Source: Candidatus Latescibacterota bacterium
GTDB lineage: Bacteria > Latescibacterota > UBA2968 > UBA8231
Direction: 5' to 3'
DNA: 64,000 bases
Assembly (NCBI GenBank): GCA_965242865.1
Contig: CBDETK010000013.1
Location: 3,616,001 to 3,680,000, forward strand
Shown: piece by piece, positions 36,224-46,003 of the stretch
Numbering within the stretch: the stretch's first letter is position 1
How the letters are laid out: each line of letters opens with the position of its first letter
Notes under the pieces: model-generated
What the model was told of the DNA's origin: nothing
The model's input: only the letters and a program-made list of their open reading frames with translations
Databases searched by the model: none
Made by a program: the position numbers and the translations under genes

Positions 36224-37846
36224 TCACTCCACGCCGAAGGTCGCACGGGTCTCTTGGCTCTCCCGGTATCCAATGCGGATCGCCCTAGCTCGCAAGGTGG
36301 TCGTCCCAGCTTCCATGCGTAGCGGCTCAGTGTACAGTTGCCAGTGCGGACAATCGTCCACGGAATATGCAATAGAAGCACCCTGCGTGGCGCAGTGGAG
36401 CTGCACCCGCAGCGGCCCTCGGAATGCACCGCCTGCCAGCGCGGGCTCGGTCCCGGGGCTGTCGGCGCAAATGGGGACGCATACCGGCGGGGCTGTCTGT
36501 GGCTGTTCGCCATCGGGATACCACTGCCGCACCATTTCGCTTTCCGTCATTCGGCCCATGTCGCCCACTTCGCCCAGCCACTCGTCCAAGGCTCCGCGCA
36601 GGCGATCCCGCTCTGGCTGGTACTGGGGATTGGCCGCCAAGTTGTCGATCTCGTGCGGGTCGGCGGCGGTGTCGTACAGCTCTTCAACCGGCCTCGGATA
36701 CCGGAACATGGCCGCTTGCGTCTCGTCCAGTTCGCCAGCCAAGTGCAAACGCCACATCTCCTGCATAATGGGATGCCGATTGCGGTAGGGGATCCATGAC
36801 AAATAGGGGAGGTCGGGCCGATAGTTGCGGATGTACTTAAAGCGGCGGTCGCGCACGGCCCGCACCATGTCGTACGCCACGTCGTGCCGGTCCCGGCTCG
36901 CGTATATGAACTCCCGCGGCGGCTGGGCTTGGCGGCCCAAAAACGCCCGACCCTGTATATGGGCGGGCACTTCAATCCCCGCGAGCGAAAGCACCGTAGG
37001 GCCAAGATCAACAGTGCTTACCAAGTCCTCGCACACCTGCCCCGCTTCCATGCCCGGGCCGCGGACGATCAGGGGCACGTGAATGCCCGCGTCGTACGGC
37101 CAGCGCTTGCCGCGCGGCAGCGGGCCGTGATCGCTCCAGTGAAAGACATACGTATTGTCGGACAGGCCGTCTTCGTCGAGCTGTTGCAGGAACTGGGCAA
37201 GCTCTCGGTCGCTGTGCTCAAGGTGCGTGTACATCCGCGCCATGGCTTGGCGCACGGCGGGAGTATCGGGAAAATAGGGCGGCAGCGGGATGGCGTCCGG
37301 GTCGAACTCCGGCTCAGGACACCTCTCGGGCCACATGCCGCTTTCGTGGGTGCGCGTGGGGTTGAAGACCGCGAAAAAGGGCTGGTCTGGGGCCGGGCGG
37401 TCGCGCCAGTGAGCGTCCGGCCCGAGCGCGTCCCAAGCGGTCAGTGGGGGGTCAAACTGGTAGTCGGTCTTTGCGTTGTTGCTACAGTAGTACCCGGCCG
37501 CCCGCAGGTATTCCGGGAAGCACTTTACGTAGTGCGGCACAACGGCCGAATACGGCGTGGGCAGCTCGGGAGTGGCGCGATTGGTGTGCGTGGTGCGCAT
37601 CTGGTGGGTGCCGATGGAGATCGAGTACATGCCAGTGATAATGGCCGAGCGCGCCGGGGCGCAGACGCCGGCGGTGGAGAAGCAGCGCGTCCAGCGGCAG
37701 CCCTCGGCGGCGAGCCGGTCCAACGTGGGCGTCCGCGCCACCGGGTCGCCGTAGCACCCGTATCGAGGGTTGGTATCCTCAAATGAAACCCACAGAAAAT
37801 TGGGTTTGTCTCGGCTTAACGTCGAGGTGAAGCGTTCCGTCGCCAT
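36224..37846 (-). CDS. Sulfatase with C-terminal chitobiase/Fn3-associated domain
   Basis: KPNFLW, TPTLD, CAPARSAIITG (CxPxR), ELYD...DPHE..NL. Confidence 0.9.
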   Translation of the reverse strand: MATERFTSTLSRDKPNFLWVSFEDTNPRYGCYGDPVARTPTLDRLAAEGCRWTRCFSTAGVCAPARSAIITGMYSISIGTHQMRTTHTNRATPELPTPYSAVVPHYVKCFPEYLRAAGYYCSNNAKTDYQFDPPLTAWDALGPDAHWRDRPAPDQPFFAVFNPTRTHESGMWPERCPEPEFDPDAIPLPPYFPDTPAVRQAMARMYTHLEHSDRELAQFLQQLDEDGLSDNTYVFHWSDHGPLPRGKRWPYDAGIHVPLIVRGPGMEAGQVCEDLVSTVDLGPTVLSLAGIEVPAHIQGRAFLGRQAQPPREFIYASRDRHDVAYDMVRAVRDRRFKYIRNYRPDLPYLSWIPYRNRHPIMQEMWRLHLAGELDETQAAMFRYPRPVEELYDTAADPHEIDNLAANPQYQPERDRLRGALDEWLGEVGDMGRMTESEMVRQWYPDGEQPQTAPPVCVPICADSPGTEPALAGGAFRGPLRVQLHCATQGASIAYSVDDCPHWQLYTEPLRMEAGTTTLRARAIRIGYRESQETRATFGVE

Positions 37847-37967
37847 AGCTTCCTAGCCTTTGTTTTGAGTTGACAACGTGATAATTCGCACTTCTCGCGG
37901 TGCCCTGTCAATGCACCTCGGCCCGCAGGGTTGTTTGTCGCATACTCGTTACGCATACTATGCGCTG

Positions 37968-38499
37968 CCATTAGACGAGCTTTGTGTACGGGTCTTGGAT
38001 GCCGAGCTGGATCAAAAGTTGCGCGGTCGGCACCTGCTTCTGCCCCATCTCAAGGCACGTCTGCTCAACCTGCAAACGCCCGCCCGCTCCTTCCACGTCG
38101 GCCAGCATCACTACGACAGAGGGAACGATCTGTACCGGGCTATGCTCGACCAGCGCATGATCTACAGCTGCGGGTACTGGCGCAATGCCGCCAATTTAGA
38201 CAAAGCGCAAGAAGCCAAGCTCGATTTGTGCTGCCGCAAGCTGGGGCTGGGGAGGGTCTTTCGTCTTAGAGGACTGGCACGCTTTCGGCCCGCATTACGA
38301 CCGGACGCTGATGGCTTGGTACGACAACTTCAACGAGGCTTGGAGCAAACTCAAGGCCCAGTACGACGACCGCTTCTACCGGATGTGGACGTTCTACCTG
38401 CTGACCTGTGCCGGCTCCTTCCGCGCCCGGTCGAACCAACTCTGGCAAGTGCTCTTCTCGCCCAGCGGGATTAGAGGGTCTTACGAAGTGCCGCGATAA
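37968..38499 (+). pseudogene. cfa: Cyclopropane-fatty-acyl-phospholipid synthase remnant (5' and central deletions)
   Basis: HYDRGNDLYRAMLD.RM.YSCGYW...AQEAKLDL.CRKLGL joined out of frame to EDWH.FG.HYDRTLMAW...RFYRMWTFYLL.CAG.FRAR; the SAM-binding part is missing. Confidence 0.85.
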
Positions 38500-38521
38500 C
38501 GATGCCTACAGGAGGTTGATT

Positions 38522-39079
38522 TTGACCGCAGTGAAACACCTATCCATGGAAGCACTAACCGCAGGGCTCGACGACATTCGTCAGTCGCCCAAGGCCATCG
38601 GCGTATTGGAGCTGATCGTGCGGCGGCCGCAAACGGAGGCGCGAGAAGTCTTAGACGTGGGGGAGCTCGATCTAGTTGAAGGGCTAGTGGGTGACAACTG
38701 GAAACGGCGCGGTAGCTCGCTAACCGCAGATGGATTGGCGCACCCGGACATGCAGCTCACGGTGACCAATGCCCGCTTGATGGCCCTAGTGGCCCAAGAG
38801 AGGAAGCGTTGGCCTCTAGCCGGGGATCAGCTATACATTGACTTTGACCTGAGCGTGGACAACGCGCCGCCCGGAACTCGCCTGTCCCTGGGCGCGGCCG
38901 TGATCCAAATCACGGAGCCGCCACACACCGGTTGTAAAAAATTCGCGGCCCGCTTTGGGCTGGACGCCCTGAAATTTATCAGTTCCCCGGTGGGCAAACA
39001 GCTTCAACTCCGCGGGGTCAACGCCAAGGTCATTCGCCACGGCGTGATACGGGTTAAAGACGTCGTGAAAAAGCTGTGA
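38522..39079 (+). CDS. MOSC domain protein
   Basis: GLVGD, LAGDQLYIDFDLS, PHTGCKKF, LRGVNAKV; GGAGG RBS with TTG start. Confidence 0.85.
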   Translation: MTAVKHLSMEALTAGLDDIRQSPKAIGVLELIVRRPQTEAREVLDVGELDLVEGLVGDNWKRRGSSLTADGLAHPDMQLTVTNARLMALVAQERKRWPLAGDQLYIDFDLSVDNAPPGTRLSLGAAVIQITEPPHTGCKKFAARFGLDALKFISSPVGKQLQLRGVNAKVIRHGVIRVKDVVKKL

Positions 39080-39208
39080 GCGCAGTGCTTGCTAAAACCC
39101 GCCGCCTCGCGGCCCACCGCGCTGGCACTTCTAAGGATTGCCGTACAAGTAAGCAGGTTGCGGATTCTGTGTTTAGGCTTTTTATTAGACGGCAAAGAAC
39201 CTACAAAG

Positions 39209-39230
39209 GGGCAGGCCCCCGTGCCTGCCC
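39209..39230. repeat. REP-like hairpin
   Basis: gggcaggc/gcctgccc 8-bp stem in intergenic DNA. Confidence 0.35.
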
Positions 39231-39766
39231 GTTACAGCGGCAAATTTGGCACGATCGGTTGGCGAATGATGAACGAGACGATGGTTAAGCATTTCATATC
39301 AGGCAGGGGCCTTGCTGTGGGGCAAAACCCTGTTGGATGCTTGGATTCATCGTCGGATTTAATGCGTCGTAAGTCCTTGAAAAAACAATGACTTACCCCC
39401 CCCCGAAAATTCTCCGCTAGCACCAAGCACTAAACTCTCCACTTCTCAGCATCGGCCGACGGATCGTGCGCGGCTGTTGGGCGTCGCGTCGGTCTGGCCG
39501 CGCGGCCCCAAGCTCACGCTGCCGTGCGGCCTTTGTGCTGATCCACGTTTACTGCACCACCCCCGCAACCTGTCTGCCAAAAACCGAGGGCGGAATCTCC
39601 TCGCCCCGAACACCGCCAGAACACTAGCAAAGGCGCACCCACAGCAAGGGGCGCGTCCTGAGCACTCCAAGTTAGCCCTAGGGCTAGCTCTGCCTCTTTC
39701 GAGGCGTCATGCCCCTCTTCCACACCTCCATACCATTTCTTCCCACACCATACAAAGGAGCAAAAA

Positions 39767-41206
39767 ATGTCTTCGTTGAAATCTCTCAAAACCCTGTTTG
39801 CGTTCGTCCTTTTGGGCATCGTTGCTGCTTGGATGGGCTGCTCAGACTCCGCTCCGGTGGCTTCTCGGCCAGCCGGCAAAGCCACTTGTTCCTTGTGCGA
39901 GTTCTTGGGCGACGACGCCTACACCGCTACCGACGGGCTGCCCGCCCGGGAAAGCCCCGACACCACCCAGACCGACGCTGACGCCGATAGCACCCAGACC
40001 GACGCCGAAGCCGATAGTACCCAAGCGGCCACCGTGGAGTTTGCCGACGCCAATTTGGAGCGAGCGGTACGGGAAGCGTTGGACCGCCCACAAGGGCCGA
40101 TTACCCCGGCAGACTTGGCGGCCCTAACCGAACTTGACGCTAGCTATAAAGACATTGAGAGCTTGGCCGGCCTCGAACACGCCACGGCCCTGACAACGTT
40201 GTATCTACGGGGCAACGCGATTACCGACGTGCAGCCGTTGGCCAGCCTGACCAACCTTCAAACGTTGTCGCTGTGGGGGAACAAGGTGGCGGATGCGAGT
40301 CCGCTGGCCAGCCTGATCAGCTTGCGCAAGCTGGATATGTGGGGCAACGAAATTACGGATGTGCAGCCATTCGCGGGCCTAATCAATCTGCAATTTCTCA
40401 ATCTAGGTGACAACGCGATTGCGGATATAAGTCCCTTGGCTAGCCTGACCAATCTGCAATGGCTGGGCGTGATGGAAAACGCCCTTAGCCAGCACGCGGC
40501 CAACCAACAACTCGCCGCCGCGATAACAAGCGGCCTCCGCGTCGAAGCGGTAATAGAAAAATACCCCCGCGTCGAAACCGTCCAGGTCTATCCAGAAGAA
40601 CCGGATGAAGGGCAGGGAGCAGTAGGGCCCGCCCTATACTTGACAGACGCTGACAGCAATCCGGATCCAGCAGCAAGACGGTCAAAGATTTGGCGTGTCA
40701 GCTTGGATGGCTCAGTCGCCCAATCCTTCGTCCCCAGCCCACGAGTTCATTTTGGTCATGTACGATCCGATGGTCGGATCCCAAGATACTTACAAGGAAG
40801 TAATCCAAATGGCATCGCGGTGGATGTGGCGAACAGAAAGATATACTGGGCGGACGTGATGGCAGGTGGTTCGATTCGGCGTTCCAACTTGGATGGCTCA
40901 GACACGCTAAGAATCGCCTCGAGCGTGGGTTCGCCACAGGGCGTCGCGCTGGATTTGGTGAACAGAAAGATATACTGGGTGAACTGGACCATGGCCACGG
41001 GCAGTAGAATTCAGCGGGCCGACTTGGATGGGGATGGCTCAGACGCCCAAGACGTCACCCCCGCGGGGGTGACGACGCTATGGGGCATCGCGGTGGATGC
41101 GGAGCGCGAAAAGATATACTGGGTGGACCAGGGCGCGGATAACATGGGGAGTGCCGACTTGGATGGCTCAAATTCCCGAGTCCTCCTTAGTAACCAATGG
41201 TGCTAG
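39767..41206 (+). CDS. Lipoprotein with internalin-type LRRs and YWTD (LDL-receptor class B) repeats; C-terminus cut by IS
   Basis: Lipobox MGC; LxxLxLxxNxIxD repeats; GIAVD...KIYWAD/IYWVN/IYWVD; native tail SSRRLMFPKYVALGVW* at 42081-42132. Confidence 0.85.
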   Translation: MSSLKSLKTLFAFVLLGIVAAWMGCSDSAPVASRPAGKATCSLCEFLGDDAYTATDGLPARESPDTTQTDADADSTQTDAEADSTQAATVEFADANLERAVREALDRPQGPITPADLAALTELDASYKDIESLAGLEHATALTTLYLRGNAITDVQPLASLTNLQTLSLWGNKVADASPLASLISLRKLDMWGNEITDVQPFAGLINLQFLNLGDNAIADISPLASLTNLQWLGVMENALSQHAANQQLAAAITSGLRVEAVIEKYPRVETVQVYPEEPDEGQGAVGPALYLTDADSNPDPAARRSKIWRVSLDGSVAQSFVPSPRVHFGHVRSDGRIPRYLQGSNPNGIAVDVANRKIYWADVMAGGSIRRSNLDGSDTLRIASSVGSPQGVALDLVNRKIYWVNWTMATGSRIQRADLDGDGSDAQDVTPAGVTTLWGIAVDAEREKIYWVDQGADNMGSADLDGSNSRVLLSNQWC

Positions 41207-42080
41207 TATGTTGACCGTGGTCATGGTAGTTCCTACGCTGAGGGTATCTCTGACCTTTCAGCCCCGGAGCGTCCTGATGACCACGGCCGAGTTTATAATA
41301 GCCCTGTTCTACCGCATTGACAATCAGATGCTTGATGTGCCCAAACACCCGCAAGCGTCCTTATATCCGAGTGAGGTGGTCACCTTAGGGGTGTTGTATG
41401 CGCTCAAAGGCGGGGGTAAACGGGCATTTTACCGCTGGCTGGTGCGGGACTAGCAGGCTTGGTTCCCGCGCCTACCATCGCGCCCCCGCTTGTTTCGCCT
41501 CTTCGCCGCTCATGCCGAGTGGACCGACCGCTTCCGCGCCGAGCTGACGACCTTGGGAGTGGTCGACAGCTATGGCATTGAGTTGCGCCATCCGGTGCGT
41601 CAAGGCCGGGCGCAGCACGCCATTGGGAAGAAAGGGCTCTCCAACCACCGTTGGATCGTCGGCGGCAAGCTGTGTATGATCGTCAATCAGTGGGGGCGGA
41701 TCGTCGATTGGGATTGGAACACGGCATAAGTCCACGATTCGGTCTTTCATCCGATGATCCGACGCTTCCAACAGCAGATGATCGTCCTCAGCGACCAGGG
41801 CTTTCATGCCCAAGCGGGCGATCCGGCCAATCTGAAAGTGTGTCCCCGGAACACTTGGAACGAGCGGATGCTCATTGAGACGATCTTTTCCATGCTCACC
41901 CGAACCCGCCGCTTTAAGCAGCAGACCCATCGAGCGTGGGCGTATTTCACCGCCCATCTGAGCTTTGCCATGGCCGCCTTCAATCTGCGGGTGCAGTGGC
42001 ATGGATTCCAACCCGATGAAAACGGATTCGTCCCGTTGTCTATCGCCGAGTTCGGATTGTAAAACACTAGCACCATTAGT
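41193..42080 (+). mobile_element. IS982-family-like element, full length (888 bp), transposase with two in-frame stops
   Basis: TIR accaatggtgctagt/actagcaccattagt; TAGTA at 41188-41192 and 42081-42085; transposase from 41277 to 42062 broken by TAG (41451) and TAA (41727); VVDS, LSDQGF, RMLIETIFS DDE motifs. Confidence 0.85.
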
Positions 42081-42163
42081 TAGTAGTAGGAGGTTGATGT
42101 TTCCAAAGTACGTCGCGCTGGGTGTTTGGTAGTCGTGGAGGATCACCGGCCCGGCTTGCATGA

Positions 42164-42308
42164 TTAGGTCACATCCCGGATCGCCTGTTGGACGCCTTCG
42201 ATAAATACCCGGAAGCTATGAGACTTATTCGAGTCCAGCGACATCATCGGGCCGATAGACCTTGACCCCGAAATTTTCTGGTTCTTCCAAAAAGAACACC
42301 AAGTTCAT
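42164..42308 (-). pseudogene. DUF4276-like gene remnant (centre deleted)
   Basis: MNLVFFLEEP start joined out of frame to KISGSRSIGPMMSLDSNKSHSFRVFIEGV...*; follows the AAA ATPase gene. Confidence 0.55.
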
Positions 42309-43276
42309 CCTTGCGGATCGGCTCCCTCAAAAAAACCTTGCTTCCACAGGTAGCCCATCTGATCGCATCCTGCATGTAGGCCGCAACTTGCTCGTTCTCG
42401 CTCGCTCTTTTTAGGGTCGCGTAACCGTCTTCTTTTTGCAACCAGAAGACCTCTTCCAATTGAGCACCATTGAGAAAGTCAGGGGAGTGTGTAGAGACAA
42501 AAACCTGGCCGCCGCGATGGGCGTAGGAGCGAATGGGTAATGCCCGGAACGCGCACTTTCAGCTTGTCCACAATCTCTGACAAAACCGCTGAATGGTTGT
42601 CGTGCAAGTATTCAATGACAAGTGAAAGATTCTCGCCTTCCCGAGACAGGTGTTCCGCATAGCCGGACTCTTGCTCGGACCGCGCTCGGCTTATGCGGAA
42701 GTCGGATACGTGCCAACGCTCAATCAAGTTGCCCAAGGCGACGACAGCGGGGAAGCGCTCAAATTGGGCCAAGCCCTTGATCGCCAGCAGGTCGGACGAC
42801 TTCAATGTCTGTTCGTCGCGTTCGAGTTGCGTTTCGTCCGTCACCTCCTCGGCTTCATTTGTTACGGCAAAACCTTTACCCTCTTTGAAGTCCAAGAAGT
42901 GCCAAGGCTTGCCGCGGCTGAACCGCCTATATCGCAAAATTTCGCGCTCGACGACCGGCTTGCTTCCAGCCCATCCGATTGACACCGAATACGTCACCAG
43001 CGGACTCCCAGACTTCACGCGGTATTTGATCTCAATCTCGATCGGACCGTTGGCATCGCGGCTCCTCACCTCGCTGAAGCCGCGGCTCCCACCGAGCTTG
43101 GACAAGGCCGTTCTGACGTTTGAGTTCATGGCGTCGCGGAGAAACCCGAACACCGCGAACAGAGTAGATTTGCCGGTGCCGTTCGCGCCGACGAGGATGG
43201 CGAGGCGAGGTATGTTGCGCATCTCCACATCCTTAAAGACGCGAAAGTTTTTTATCCGAATTTGCTCGATCTGCAT
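42305..43276 (-). pseudogene. AAA_21/ABC-type ATPase, internally deleted and frameshifted
   Basis: GANGTGKST; signature and Walker B missing; resumes in another frame as GGQVFVSTHSPDFLN...EEVFWL. Confidence 0.75.
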
Positions 43277-43311
43277 GGACTGTTACCGAGGGGGCTTTAG
43301 TCCTGCCAAGC

Positions 43312-44790
43312 TCAGTACGTCCACTGTCGCGGCAGCGGCCGCTCGCGCGCTAGCAGTCGCTCTAGCAGTCGCTTGCGAACCGCTTGCAAGCGAGTGGCAT
43401 ATTCGCCCTCGCCCGCCACGTCTTGGTACGCCAGTGGGTCGCGCTCCAAGTCAAAGAGTGCCTCCGAGCCATCGGCATCCACCACGTAGCGCAACCCCTC
43501 TACGCGCAGCGTTTTCCAGTGCCGCTCGGGCTGGGTCATTTCCGTAACGGCGCGGCCTGCGCCGGCACCGATTAGCTGCCGGTGAATGCGGTGACCTGCA
43601 ACAGGGGTCATTTCCGTAATGGCGCAGCCGGGACCGGCCCCTTGCTCGCGACGCAAGTCGGGCAGCAGGGAGCTGCCTTGCAATGCAGCCGGCCGCTGAA
43701 TTGCCGCGGCTTCAAGCAGCGTGGGCACCACGTCCAATGCCTCGACGATGCGGGAGCAACGCCCAGCACTTGCCCCGGAGGGCCAGCGGACCAGCAGGGG
43801 GACGCGCGTGACCGCATCGTGCCCGGGGTAGCCCTTGCCGTAGCGCAGGTGTTCGCCGAGCCACTCGCCGTGGTCGGACGTGAAGACGACGATGGTGTTG
43901 TCCGCAATGCCGAGGGCGTCGAGTCGATCGAGGATGCGGCCGACGTGGTGATCAACCTCGGACACCATGGCGTAATAGCCGTGGCGTGCGGACCGTAGCT
44001 CGTCGTCGGAAAAATGCTGGGGCCCTCGGCGGGCGTCAAGGGCCGGCGGGAAGGGCGGCAACGTCAGGGTCGCTGGATCGTAGAGATCGAGGAACTCCTG
44101 TGGGGCCACCCACGGATCGTGCGGCGAGTAGAAGCCGGCAACGCACAGGAAAGGGCCATCCCTGTGGCGCGTCAAAAACTCCATGGTCTGCTCGGCGACA
44201 AACGCCGTGTGGGTCAGTTCGCTGCGGCAGCGGCTGGCCAAGGCGCACTTGACAAAACGCTCTTCTGGATGCGCGATCCCGTCGCGGACGTTCATAATTC
44301 GCTTCCACTCAATTGAACTAGGGGCCTCGCCGAGGCTGATGCGGTCGAGTTGCTCAGGGGCCTGCGCCGCTACCCAAGCGCGGTACGCATCGTGGTAGGA
44401 ACCCGGCTCGTCCGAGATTTCTAAGTGGTCGAATCCGTAGTCGGGATGGGGCTGGCGGTGGTCGCGGTTGGCATGCGGCAGAAAGTGCAGCTTGCCAATC
44501 TGGCCGCTGTAATAGCCGTAGTTGCGCAGCAAGCGCGGCAAGGTCGGCGCGTCCGCCGGCACGGGTACTCCCATGTGCGAAAGCCCTAGCGTGGATGGAT
44601 ACTGCCCGGTGAGAAAGCTCACGCGGCTGGGCATACAGACCGGGTTCTGCACAAAGCAATGGTCGAAACTGACCCCGGCAGCAGCCAGCCGGTCCAAGTG
44701 CGGCGTCTCGATTTCGGAGTTGCCGTTGACGCCGAGGGCGTCCCACCGCTGCTGGTCGGTGTAGAGTATGAGGATATTCGGTCGCTGCAT
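43312..44790 (-). CDS. Sulfatase-like hydrolase
   Basis: RPNILILYTDQQR, CMPSRVSFLTG, GKLH, FTSDHGE. Confidence 0.9.
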   Translation of the reverse strand: MQRPNILILYTDQQRWDALGVNGNSEIETPHLDRLAAAGVSFDHCFVQNPVCMPSRVSFLTGQYPSTLGLSHMGVPVPADAPTLPRLLRNYGYYSGQIGKLHFLPHANRDHRQPHPDYGFDHLEISDEPGSYHDAYRAWVAAQAPEQLDRISLGEAPSSIEWKRIMNVRDGIAHPEERFVKCALASRCRSELTHTAFVAEQTMEFLTRHRDGPFLCVAGFYSPHDPWVAPQEFLDLYDPATLTLPPFPPALDARRGPQHFSDDELRSARHGYYAMVSEVDHHVGRILDRLDALGIADNTIVVFTSDHGEWLGEHLRYGKGYPGHDAVTRVPLLVRWPSGASAGRCSRIVEALDVVPTLLEAAAIQRPAALQGSSLLPDLRREQGAGPGCAITEMTPVAGHRIHRQLIGAGAGRAVTEMTQPERHWKTLRVEGLRYVVDADGSEALFDLERDPLAYQDVAGEGEYATRLQAVRKRLLERLLARERPLPRQWTY

Positions 44791-44958
44791 GGTTCGTGGA
44801 TTCCTTGGAGATGGGCTATGGCGGCGTCTGCTTGGTGCGCCCTGATTTTCGCCGCCTTCTAAACAAAAAGCACTGCGGAAAGTCGGGGTCGATGAGCGGG
44901 TTCAGCGGAAACCAAAGCAGCGCGTGGACGACCTTGATTATTTTGTACAAGACGCTTC

Positions 44959-45579
44959 TCATGGTTTTTCTGCCTCAGTAAAGAGTTGATCGACTACCGC
45001 TGCCATTAGCTCGGGGCCGTCGCTCCGGCGGAAGAGGAACCGCACCTTGCCCTGCGGATCGATCAGATAAGTATAGGTTGAGTGATCCACTAAGTAGGCC
45101 TCCTGCTCCTCGCCGAGAGAGTAATGAGCGCCATACTGGCGAACCACTTGGTCGATTTCCTCCTTGTTGCCGCGTAGGCCAATCGCATCAATGGCGAAGT
45201 AGTTGAGGTATTCCGCCAGCTTCCCCTGAGTATCGCGCTGGGGGTCAACGGTGACGAAGAGGGTCGTCAGCTCCTGCTGGTGCTCTTCTAAGAGCTGATA
45301 GACGCGGCCCATCTTCGATAGGGTCACTGGGCAGATGTCGGGGCAATAGGTGTACCCGAAGAAGAGCATGGCGGCCTGACCGCGCAAACTTTGCAACTCA
45401 AAGCGTGCGCCGTGCTGGTCCACGAGCGCGAAGTCACCGCCAATGCCGCCAAAGTCCTGCAAGGGCGGGACCTCTACCTCCACGAGGGGGGGAGCTTCGC
45501 TTTGGGCCTCCGGCTGCGCCTTGCATGCTCCGAGCAGCGCGAAAATCGCGCAAAAGACCAGCGCGTCAGTCGCCTTCAT
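44959..45579 (-). CDS. SCO1/SenC family copper chaperone (lipoprotein)
   Basis: FFGYTYCPDICP, VDPQRD, YLVDHS. Confidence 0.92.
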   Translation of the reverse strand: MKATDALVFCAIFALLGACKAQPEAQSEAPPLVEVEVPPLQDFGGIGGDFALVDQHGARFELQSLRGQAAMLFFGYTYCPDICPVTLSKMGRVYQLLEEHQQELTTLFVTVDPQRDTQGKLAEYLNYFAIDAIGLRGNKEEIDQVVRQYGAHYSLGEEQEAYLVDHSTYTYLIDPQGKVRFLFRRSDGPELMAAVVDQLFTEAEKP

Positions 45580-46003
45580 AGAGCCTTTTCTTTCGCACCG
45601 GCACTGGTACGCGCCGTTCCGTTCCATTGCCAAAGCGCAGCAGCAGCTCCACCTCATCGCCGTCCCGTAGCGGCCGGCGCAGTTCCATCAGCATCAAGTG
45701 GGCACCGCCCGGCTCCAGGGCGACCTCCTCGCCCGCTGGAACCTGTAGCTCGGCGACTTGGCGCATGGTCATCCGGTCATCTTTGTGTTCCATTATGTGT
45801 ATCTCGGTTTGCTCGGCCGCCTCGGTTGCCAACCCGACCAACGCGACGGATTCGCCGCCTCGGTTTTCAATGACCAAGTAACCAGCGGCTGGGCTGCGCG
45901 GCGGCGGCTCGCGGATCCAAGCGTCGCGCACGACAATGGGGTCGCCAGTATGCTCTTGCTCGCATCCGACGACCATCAGCAAAAGCACCGCGACGGTTTT
46001 CAC
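45566..46003 (-). CDS. PCu(A)C copper chaperone
   Basis: DAWIR, EIH...M.M, LEPGGAHLMLM. Confidence 0.92.
   Translation of the reverse strand: MKTVAVLLLMVVGCEQEHTGDPIVVRDAWIREPPPRSPAAGYLVIENRGGESVALVGLATEAAEQTEIHIMEHKDDRMTMRQVAELQVPAGEEVALEPGGAHLMLMELRRPLRDGDEVELLLRFGNGTERRVPVPVRKKRLYEGD

Noticed and set aside
39600-39710. c-di-GMP or c-di-AMP riboswitch before the LRR lipoprotein
   Set aside because: Hairpins are present, but I could not place the conserved consensus nucleotides; kept only as part of the unassigned leader finding.
41451-41729. Stop-codon recoding in the transposase
   Set aside because: Copy 1 has TGG at the TAG position and the second stop is TAA, so these are simple nonsense mutations.
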